DNA of 64,000 bases from Azolla caroliniana (lineage: Eukaryota > Plantae > Polypodiophyta), in contig JBHGNT010000001.1 of assembly GCA_043228905.1 (NCBI GenBank), positions 15,190,001 to 15,254,000 of the forward strand, written 5' to 3'. The notes below the pieces were generated by a model. It did not search any database. It was given only the letters and a program-made list of their open reading frames with translations, and had not been told where the DNA came from. Below, one piece after another: positions 37,289-48,157 of this stretch. Position 1 is the first letter of the stretch, and every line of letters begins with the position of its first letter. A program made the position numbers and the translations under genes.

Positions 37289-38070
37289 GTAATCGGCCAC
37301 CGACTAACCCTTTTGTCAAACGTTGTTCAACTCTTGTCTGAGCTGCAACATTCTGGTTGTCGTGTTGGCGGCAAAAATCCGTTTTAGGTTCGCCCACATG
37401 TCTTTCAACATCTTGGCATCCCGGATGTAGCTTAGTAGCTGATCGCTCACACAAGATGCAAAGTGGTACAAAACTCTGCTTGTCACCTGTTCACAGGCTG
37501 AAAAATCTGTGTGTGTCGACTCCGGTGCTGCATCATTAGCTCTTTCAACATAGCTCTAGTATCCGTGTCCGAGGAGATACTGGCCCATGCCTCTGTCCAT
37601 GTTCCTGTTGTTCCGGAAGAAGGAAAGTCTCTGTGTGGTATTTGCCTTTTGGTCGGCTATAGAGGACTCTCAACCCTCGCGCTCTAATACCATGTAAAAG
37701 GAAACATGTAGAAGCGTATGCGACACACAGAAAACGCGGTCGATTATCCAGAAGTGTGATAGTTAGGTATACACAGAGATGAGATGAGAGAGTGACAGAG
37801 ATGGAGTAGACAACAATAAAATGTAGTTCAAAATAATGAACACTCTATACATAGAATGTGCTCAATTGGCACTCTTTATACAAGCCTTGACAAGTGGGCT
37901 AACAAAAGTACTTGAATGCTCATTAATTGAGCTTGACACTAACAACCTATAATATTCATATTTACTAAAATAGGAATACAGGCCCCTAATGGCTTGTTGG
38001 ATTCCATCGGAGTTGGGCTAGTTGATCGATCTTCATCCAATCCGGCCCATGTTGAGCTTGCTTCTCAACA
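37289..38070 (-). mobile_element. Family C copia 5' remnant (LTR 37693-38070, PBS 37681-37692, deleted gag)
   Basis: LTR TGTAAAAG...CTCAACA and GCTCTAATACCA match the arrangement at 28459-28856; the gag fragment is homologous to 28000-28398. Confidence 0.8.
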
Positions 38071-41000
38071 ATAATCACTAATATGTGTGGGTATCTGTAT
38101 ATGCTTTATATTTGTGTACATGTGTGTGTATAGAAATGAATACTGATGTGTTAATGTATGTGTTTGTGTGTTTTATAATGTTTATTGGAAGATAGGTGTA
38201 ATGTTTAAAGGTTTAATAGGATTGGAGGGTGCGAGGGGTATTTGGAAAATTCAAGCTCCCTTTCCTCTAGAGGCATGGGTAGAGTTTTGTAGATTACTTC
38301 TCTTTTACTTCTATGGGTTCTTCCTTTAGTTTATCAGATTTGCTGGTCATATTCCTTCTCTAGCTCCTTATGCTCTGCCCCTCTACTGCTCGTTGTGACA
38401 CTCTTTGGGGTCTCCAAAGAGGTTGCTCTTCCTCCACCGCAAGCTCTTCTTCGTCTATAGTGTCCTGCTGATCTCTGTTGGCCTGATGTCTTTGTGCCAT
38501 ATCCTTCCTTTTCAGCTTAATGCGAATGGGTTTTGACAGTCCTGAAAGTGCACCCCTCATTGCGGTTGGGCGTGTTTCGGAGCGTCGTGACTCTTCTCTG
38601 GCCCATCCAATCATATGCTTGGCGAGGAGTTGTTGCCTCTTAGACTGTTGTTGTGGTGTCGTTTCCGTTCGTCCTCTCTTCTTTGGGTTGATGGGGAGTT
38701 GTGGTGGTGCTAATATGGTCAACCACTGAGTGACTCCAATCCAAGCCTTCTCTCCGTCCGCTAACGCTATGACTGTTGTCGAAGGGAGTCCGTTGTTATG
38801 AGTGGTGAATCGTCCCACAAGCCTTCAAAGGTTGCAATAATGAAGTCGGCCCGATTTTTCGGCATTGCTAGCAATCTGGGATGCATGGACCCATATTCCA
38901 GCAGGACCTTTGCGATCTCCTGGAACAACACATTCTCTCCTCATGTTCGGTAGGCCTTGCGACTTAGATGATGGCACCTTTGGTATCAATTTGATTAGGT
39001 TCACTTTTCAACTCGCAACCAGGAAACCCAAAATCGCAACGTGTTTGAAATATTTGCATTAATGGTCTTATAAGAAAACAAACATATTTTTAAAAAACTT
39101 CATTTGTAATACCATCCCAACCACCACTTTTACCATTTCAAAGGTGTAATAATACCTTTTCCAACTCAACATCTTCAAAATGAACATCCAACTCTTGAAA
39201 AATATTTGTATTCATGGTACACACATCTACATTATAAAACTTTTGTCTTTTTTTCAAGACATTTTCATTAATAATTAGCTCAAGCCCACTCAAATCCTTA
39301 AATTAAGACTTAATCCTTTTGATGGACTTAATCCTTGAAAAAATAGATGAGAACGTGGCTTATTATCTATAAACCCCTTTTGCAACTAGTGTTGTCTTAC
39401 CTTCTGATAATTTTGGTAATATAAAATTGAATGTGAAGATCCAAAAGCTCTTCATCATGTTTTCATATTTCTTTAGGCTTAAAAATATGATTATCTAGGT
39501 TCGTTATTAAGAAACAAGAAAATAACAATTAATGTACAATTGTTAGTGAAGAGCTAAATTATTTGTCTTGTAAGTGGCATGATATATTTTACCTTTGGGA
39601 TTTATTTTTCAAGTGCATGTAAGGAGCATTAAAATCCTTAAATAAATGTATGGCCTGCGAACATCACTACCCTATAACATTTGTTATAAATATATTGAAA
39701 TGGTGACCATTACAAAAGGGTTCTAGATCTTCAAAATAGAGCTACCAAAAGTAAACAATGTAGTTGTATATTTAGGAATAATAATAAGTCTATGTCAGTA
39801 TCATGAATTATGATTCATAATGTCTTGTTTTTTTGTAACTTGAAAAAAGGAAAACGAAAACATTTTGAATAATGTGCTTAGTCTTTTCTTTCACCTTTCA
39901 AAGCGTTTAATTATCACCTAATAATTTGATGTTATTTCACAAATTTGACTTTATATATGCATGTCAACAAGAATGTGTTACTATGTGAAGTAGGGCCTGA
40001 ATTTTACGGGTTAGTATAAAAGTTTTCTGACGGACATTTTTTAAAGATGTATGTCATATGACACAAGAGTACAAAAACTAACATATCATTTGATATACAA
40101 ATTTTAATAATGAAAGTTATATATGATGCTTTACCAATTTTAATAATGAAAGTTCTATATGATGCTTCATTGTTATACATTTCATTACTATAGAAAGTGC
40201 ACAAAGATGCACAAATAAACATAACTACCTCACAAAGATAATGAAATACATAAAATTAATATCATGTTAATATTTTTACTAATAAATATGAATTTTTTTT
40301 TACCAAACTTAGTGATTTTATATAAGTAAAAAAATTAGTTTTAACTTAAAACTTTAAACATTAAAATCAAACCTAGAGTTATACACTCTTAAAGTATGTA
40401 TTTAATAAAGGTTATTGTTTAAAATTTCAACTAATATTATTAGTAAAGAAATTAAGAATAAATATTTGAGAGAGGCTTGCAGTCTACATCCCCTAGGTTC
40501 CCAAACATTTGGATGCTGATCGTAGGCTTCACCCTGTAGTATGTATGGAAAGCGCATTACCTAAAGGTCTTTTAGGATTTGGTGCACCCCCGGAGGAAGT
40601 GATCATGGACATATGGTTTGCGCTTCTCAGCTGCCTACGAGGGCAATTGGACGAGGTTTGCAGCCATTCCAATGATGTGGTTACTGCCCGTTTGCGCTTT
40701 TGGCAGAAATGGTAAAACATGCCTATGATGACACAAGGAGGAAGTGGCCCGAGGTGGAACTACCAACCCCCACGCTGGCTGTTTCCGTCTCACTTACCAC
40801 CCTCCCTTCGCTGTCGACCCTAGGAGTTGTCTCGTACTAGCCGTCACTAAAGGGCACCATTTTTATCTATAGGTACTTACAATTAAGTAGTCAGTCCGAA
40901 AGGCGATGTAACTAGTCTCATTTTCTTGAACTTGATCGGAGGGAGATTCCCTGATCTATGTATAAACCTCTTTATACAGTCTCTTTGTAATAATCCTTCC

Positions 41001-42116
41001 TAACTAATGGGAAAGTAGCTTCATTTTAGAAAATAAAATAAAATAAAATTTGAGAGTATATACCATTATTTCATGATAATGATATTATTTTAAGCGTGTT
41101 ATAAAAAACATATAATGTTTTGGGAAAAAAATTATATAGTATTAATATATCATAATACACACTTCATATCTATAATAAGTGACATATGTATATGTATATA
41201 ATATATATAACATGGAAAATAGAATTTTAACATGTCATTTGACATGCATAATTTGTAGGGGCCTTTCACATGAAAAATGGATATTTAAACTATATATGTC
41301 ACTTGACGGGCATTTTTCTTATGTGTATGTATTGGACGGGCAAAATGGCCTTTGACGGGCATGGCACCCGTCAAATTCCTGCCTTGATGTGAAGACAAAT
41401 TTTGAAGAGCATATGCCTTGAAAAGTCTCCACCATGAATTGATATCTTAGAATATGACAATTGTCCACCTGTCCACGGTATTTGAAAGACTCACTTGAAC
41501 ATTTCAAAGGAATGATATAACAAGTGGAAAAACTTTGCCCGTTTCCAATGATAAGGGGAAATATGTTTATTAATGTACAAGTAGCATTGAAAAACTCCTA
41601 TAAAAAAGAAACTAGAACATATGCCAAGGGAGTAGTTACAATACATGCTTAACTATAAAATCATGCTAGTCTACAAAGTAGGTTCTTATAATTGGGCATC
41701 AATTTATATAATAATAAGGATAATTTACAATATAATGGGACAGGGTGTTTGCAATGTTCCCCTTTTCGCGTAGAGTTTTTGCAACGCTATCACACTAGAA
41801 CATGTTGCTAAACAATGTGCGTTAGTTAGAAAGGCATTGCACAATGACACTCATTACCGTTGCACTTTTTTCGATGTGCATTAGAAAGATGTCAATGTGG
41901 GATGAGTTTTTTTAATTTTTTAAAAATATATAAGAAAGGGGGATTTATAATCCCCTTTTTCATAACATGATTTATGGAGTTCTTCTTCTGCGATTGACCA
42001 TACTCAAGAGCGTGATGGCTAGGTCCTCTCGTCTCCCATCCAAGTATGTTTAGACTTACTATTTGGGTTAATTCAACATACACACAAAGAAATTCACATA
42101 CACACGAAAAAACGAG

Positions 42117-44417
42117 ATGGAGGAACATGGAAGAGAGAGCACGCAACAGAGAACTACCTCAACGACACAAGAAGGAAACTCTAAAGAAGCATGCCCGCAA
42201 GTAGATTATGAGGAGCAGCCTCTACCAATTGTATTATCGGCCAAAGAGGAAGTTGATTTCAGATCGGAGGTTCAACGTCTAACCCAACTCTCCGTGATCT
42301 ACAAAGTGGTGGGAGCTCGGCCGAACAGAGGTGAGTGCAAAGATCTTTTACAGGCATCTATGCAGGGATTAATTGGTAGGATAAGGGATGTCCAATTTAT
42401 GGGAAGAGGTTTTTATCATGTGGAATTGGATACCATCGAATCGGTGGGCATGATGTTGGAGCATAGTCCGCTTGATGTAAGAGGTGCCCGTGCATTTCTA
42501 TTGCCTTAGAAACAAGGTTTTAATCTTTTGGAGGCAATACGGAAAGGAGATCAGATATTTCTGCTCATGATTTTTTTCTCGAGATTACGTAAGGAATATT
42601 TGCCGATGCTTGGCGCAAAATAGCTTTGAGAATCGGAATAGTGGTGAAGGTCCAAGAAAGTATGGCAACACGAATAACTAAAATGTCAAGATTCCCCTCG
42701 GCCCGAGTCTTGGTAGAATCACTCGAAAACTTGCTGACAAAGATAATGCTACCAAATGTAGAAGGAGATTTTATCGAACAGAAGGTGGAGTTTCCCAGAC
42801 TCCCAAGACAATGTTTTTATTGTCGGCAAATGGGATACTTAGCCAAGAATTCTTCAAAGAGAAATGATAAATTGGGGGAAAAAAACGTCATTTTGAGCAT
42901 TATAAACAAGATGGGCACGACGTAGATAATCGCCAGGAGAAGTTAGCCTCAGATTGTATGGGTGTAATTCCTCTTGGATCTTTTCAAAATCATGCATTGG
43001 ACAAATTCGAAGGTTGGTTCGGAATCTCATATGGGCGGGGGAGTATAGGAGTCATGTAAGAGCGAAGGTGGCATGGTGTACGTTGATAACCCCAAAGCAA
43101 CATGGTGGTCTGGGGATTATTGATCCCCTAGATCAATGTATGGCCTTGTTAGCAAAGCTAATTGTTCGTGGCCTTTTACCAACATCTGCTCCTTGGAAAC
43201 AATTGCTTATGCAAAGGTTGTATCGTTGTGCTCCACCTATGGGTGGATTATGGAGTGATAGTATAAGATGGATCTTTATACCAGACAAGACATATGTTAT
43301 GACTAGGAATTGGGAAGAGAAATTTTTTAATAGTCTGCTAAGAGCATGGGAGCATGTACATAAAGGATTGGGACATGGTGTACCAACATGTGAAGAGGAA
43401 TACTTGAGACAACACTTAGTGTGGAATCCGAATATGTGTTTTCCGTCAGGGAACATGTTGGGGTTTCGTACGATATTGGATTGGGCCAAGGTCGATGTTG
43501 CGCTAGGAGCATTGGTTGATGCGTGGAAATCCTTTCTTACTTTGCATATAAAGGAAAGGCCAGAATATTTTACCTCCTTGAGAGGGGGGCAGACTATGTG
43601 GGAATAGGTGCAAGAGATTTTTGGACACTCATCCTCTATGGTATGGTCATTTAATCCTCCTAGGTGGGAAGGAGCATTTACAAGGCTTCAAGTGATGGTG
43701 GGGTTAAGGGGATATTTGTCTTGCAAACGGTTTCAAGACTATGATGTGGAGGAAGATGGAGTTATATGTAGATCAACGATACAACTAGAGACCTTGCAAT
43801 ATGCTACATTCTCTAAAATAAGGGTCCTTGCTTATGATGGATCTAAGTGGATAATCAACGCACATGTTGATGTAGTCAAGGAAAATTGGAAATTGAGAGT
43901 TTTTGAAAAGAAACCCTTAGTAAGGTTGCAATGGGATCCAAGGGAATTTTGGTGGAAAGATCCATTTGACCGTTCGGAAAAAAGGCATGGTTTTTTTAGT
44001 ACTCAATTAAAGATTGGACGACACATTTTGGCAGCTCAACATAGGACCACACCATGGGCTAGTCAATTTTGGACCCATCAAGGAGTCACATCCGAATTTT
44101 TAGCAAAGTTTTGGAGGACATTATGGGCAAGGAAACAAGATATCAAAATAAATGTCTTCCAATGGCTAGTAATACATAGAGCATTACCGGTTGGTCAATG
44201 GTTACAACAATCAGGTGGACCAACTGCATGCATCTATTGTAGTTGCCAGATAGAGACATTGAAAAATTGCTTGTGGGAATGTCATGTTGCACAACAAGTT
44301 TGGAGAAGAGTGTTCCAAATTCTAACCTTTATATGTAGGGATGGAGGTTTCCGTGAGGTATGGTAGTATGAGCTACGATAGCACAAATGATGTGGCCATA
44401 TGAGGCATGTCCAAGTG
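42117..44417 (+). mobile_element. Internally deleted L1-clade LINE (ORF1 plus ORF2 C-terminus)
   Basis: ORF1-like DVQFMGRGFYHVEL and CFYCRQMG knuckle. ORF2 tail KVAWCTLITPKQHGGLGI and zf-RVT-like KINVFQWLVIHRALPVG..CIYC..ETL..CLWEC..AQQVW. Endonuclease and RT core not seen. Confidence 0.8.
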
Positions 44418-47400
44418 TGTTGAGAGACAAGCTCAACATTCGATGCGTAATCGGGTGCGTAACCCAGTGTGTAAACTGGGTGCGTAGAACCATGCGCACA
44501 AAGGCCATAGTGGTGCGTAAACCGCAAGGCCGTTGGAAAGATATTCCTCGAAAGGAATACTTTTGGGAGTGAGTGTAGCAACTCATTTATGAGTGTCAAG
44601 TACTATCAGTACTTGTGTTAGCCCAATTGTCAGGGCTTGTATAAAAGATGCTCACTGAGCATCTGTGTATGTACAAAGAGTCATTATTTTGAATCTAATT
44701 TTTTTGTTGTTTGCTCTCTCTCTCTTTGTCTCTCCATCTCCATCTCCATCTCTGTGTTTTCTGTGTTTTACCGAATTGTCTTATTCCTCCGAACTGTGTA
44801 CTCTGTGTTTACGCACACGCTTCTGCACAACGTATTCTTTTACATGGTATTAGAGCGCGAGGGTTGAAGTACTCTACAGCCGACAAGAAAAGTTTGTGAT
44901 GAAACAGAGTTGAAGTTGTTCGCTTTCGTAGAACAAAAAGACAGTACCATGGACAGAGGAATGGGAAGCTCACTTCTGATTGAAAAGCTTGACAGAAGCA
45001 ACTATGCATCTTGGTCTTACAAGATGCACCAGTACCTGCTCGGCCATGGCTACTGGAGTTATGTTGAAGGAGCAAACGATGTGGCACCCGACTCAACACA
45101 CAGGGACTATCCGGCTTGGGAACAAGCGGCAAGCAGAGTGATGTACTACTTCGCGTCCTGTGTGAGCGATCAACTTTTGAGCTATATTCGGCATGCCAAG
45201 GCGCCCAAGGACGTGTGGGCGAATCTCACAAGGATTTTCGCCGCCAACACAATGGCCAGAAAGCTGCAACTCAGACAGGAGCTCAGCAATGTACGACAGA
45301 GAGACATGTTGGTGGCTGATTACACCACCAAGATCAAAGAAATCTGCGACTCTCTCGCCTCCGTCAACGTGAATGTCGAGGAAGATGAAATGGTGCAGGT
45401 TTGTCTTGGTGGCTTGGTGTCAAAGTTCAGACCTTTCCAAATGGCAGTCTGCACGAGGGAGATTACGCGTTCGTTTTTCAAACTCCAGTCAATGTTGCTC
45501 GTAGAAGAAAACCACGTGGGTGCATCGACGAGTGCGCACACCGATGGCAAGATGCTTTACATGGAGGATGATAGGCCCCGTGGTGGTGGTGGACGAGGCG
45601 GATCGGCGCGCAATGGAGGCGGCTGAAAAGAGCAGAATGTACGGCATAATTGAGATGCCAAAAGCAATTCCGAACCCTCCGCAAGCAGGGGGAGTCATGG
45701 TGGCGTCGGAAGACCGCACCGGATTGCTGGTACTGTGGCAAGAAAGGCCACAAGGAGAGTGAGTGCTGGAAAAAGCGAGCCGATTTGGACAAAGCCAGAT
45801 CGAGCCGAAGAGACACAGAGAGGTGTTAGAGATCACACTACGCAGAAGGCTGTGAACGAGTTGGAAACAAATCGGGCCCAACCTTCGTAATGAAGCATAA
45901 GGCCAATTCTATGGCCGTGAACACCTTGAAATCAAGAGAGGTGTGGTATGTTGATTCCCGAGCGTCAAATCATCTGACGAGTCACGAGGAATGGTTCTCG
46001 TACTTGGAGAAACCGGAATCACAAGGAGTGGTCGAAATGGGAGACGACACTCCGCATACCATCGAACATGTCGGTGAAGTTCCTCTCAGCCACATCGGGC
46101 AGAAAGGGAAACTCATGAATGTGTTGCACGTCCCGACAATAACGAAGAACCTAGTGTCGGTCAGTTAGATCGTCGACTAGGGAATGCAGGTTCGATTCAC
46201 GCATCTCGGTTGCTTCATAGAAGAGGAAGGCAAAGTAATTGGGCAAGGGTGCCGTGAAGGGAGGATGTTTATCCTCGACACTAATCAAGCCGGAACCGCG
46301 TTGTACGCGAAAGGACAAAAGGTCGAATCGGATATCGACCTGTGGCACAAGCGGTTCGGCCACATAAATTTCCCACGGCTTCGTGAAATGCAGACGAAGA
46401 ACATTGTTTCCGGGTAGCCGAAATTTCGTGGCCGGAATGGCCAAGTCTGCGAAGCCTGTCAGATGGGAAACCAACACCGACTTCCATTCCCCAATGAGCG
46501 TAATCATAGTCGAAGTTCGTTGGATTTGATCTATTCGGATGTGTGGGGTCTAGCACAAAACTTGAGTCTCGGTGGAAGCCATTACTTTGTAACCTTCATC
46601 GATGACTTCACTCGACACACATGGGCATGCATGATTGAAAAGAAGAGTGAAGTCTTCGCATGTTTCCTGAAGGTGAAGAGCCTTGCGGAAAGGGAAACGG
46701 GGTGTAAGATCAAATGCCTATGGTCCGATGGCGGGAAGGAGTACTTCTCCGACCAGTTCACAAGTTATCTACAGAAGGAGGGAATTCGACACGAATTCTT
46801 GTGTAGATATATGCCGGAGCAGAACGGTGTAATCGAGCGGAAGAATCGGACGATTAAAGAAGCGTCCAGGGCAATGCTTGAAGAGAAGCATATGCCAAAA
46901 TTCTATTGGGCCGAAGCTGTGAAGACGGCTCTCTACCTGCAGAATCGGACTTCTGCTAATGGAGGAGTATCGCCACATGCGCTGTATTTCGGGAAGAAGC
47001 CGAACTTGGCACACATGAGGATTTTTGGCAGCATCGCGTATGTGCACGTGCCGAAGGAGAAAAGGAGGAAACTGGATGCTAGAGTTGAGAAATGTATCTT
47101 GGTTATCTATTTAGATGAGTAGAAAGGGTATAAGTGTTATAACCCTCGAACAAAGGAAGTACGCGTAAGTCGTGACGTTGTGTTCGACGAGTCTGCTTCG
47201 TGGTATCTTCCTTCTCCTCTAGAACCTCATGACTCCATTCCGATTTTTGAAGAAGAAATCAACGAGGCTGAAATGCCTCCACATGATGTGGACGTCGGAG
47301 CTCTGAGAGAGACTCCGATCTCATTTCGTCTAAGCGGGCCGAATGAGGGGTTAGGCCAAGATGGCCAACCAGATGATGTGTTAGGAAACAGGTCCCTCCG

Positions 47401-47799
47401 GATGGGAAGTGAGAAGAAAAGTGTTTATGAGTAACTCGACCAAGGACGAAACCAGATGTGGAGTACCTGGCAACGAAAGACCCGGTGAGAATCGGATGTG
47501 GAATACCCGGCAACGGAAGACCCGGTGAGAACCGGATGTGGAGTACCCGGCAATGGAAGACCCGGTGAGAACCGGATGTGGAGTATCCGGAAACGGAAGA
47601 CCTGGTGAGAACCGGATGATGAGTACCCGACAAGGAAGACCCGGTGAGAACCGGATGTTGCAGGCCCGGTGAGAACCTCTCATCGGATGGAAGGGACATA
47701 TATGTAAATATGTTCCAGATAGCCCATTGGGGCTATATTTGTAAATAGCTCGAAAGTCATATTAGTATAAATATGACCTAGGGCAAACTTAATAATTAT

Positions 47800-47835
47800 A
47801 ACACGTTCGCGTTCACAAGTGGAAGGATCGCGCAT
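47800..47835 (+). repeat. Left terminal inverted repeat
   Basis: AACACGTTCGCGTTCACAAGTGGAAGGATCGCGCAT. Confidence 0.97.
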
Positions 47836-48157
47836 AAATGGAAGGATAAGGGAAATTTTAGGGGTTTTTCAATGATTTTACAAAACACATTGATACCAGT
47901 ATCATACAAGTTCAAACATACTATGAAAAAGGTTAAAAATCCACTATTTTCGTGATTTAGAAGTAACTAAAAAAAGACGAATTTCAAAAACATACATTCT
48001 CAATTTATATCACAAACTTTACAACCAATGTTATTTTATAAGAAACGATTTTTGGGAAATCATAAGAATTCAAAACACATGATTTTATATTACTCGATTT
48101 GTTACAAGCGGAATGTAGTTACACTTAATAGCCAAATATACATTCATGATCACTCCT

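Noticed and set aside
38360-39030. Possible gene or LINE ORF1 tail on the minus strand
   Set aside because: Low-complexity charged peptide with no diagnostic motif; insufficient evidence to call.
47450-47690. CRISPR-like regular repeats (also 15190-15300 and 19900-20060)
   Set aside because: Head-to-tail units without unique spacers, inside LTRs, with no cas genes.
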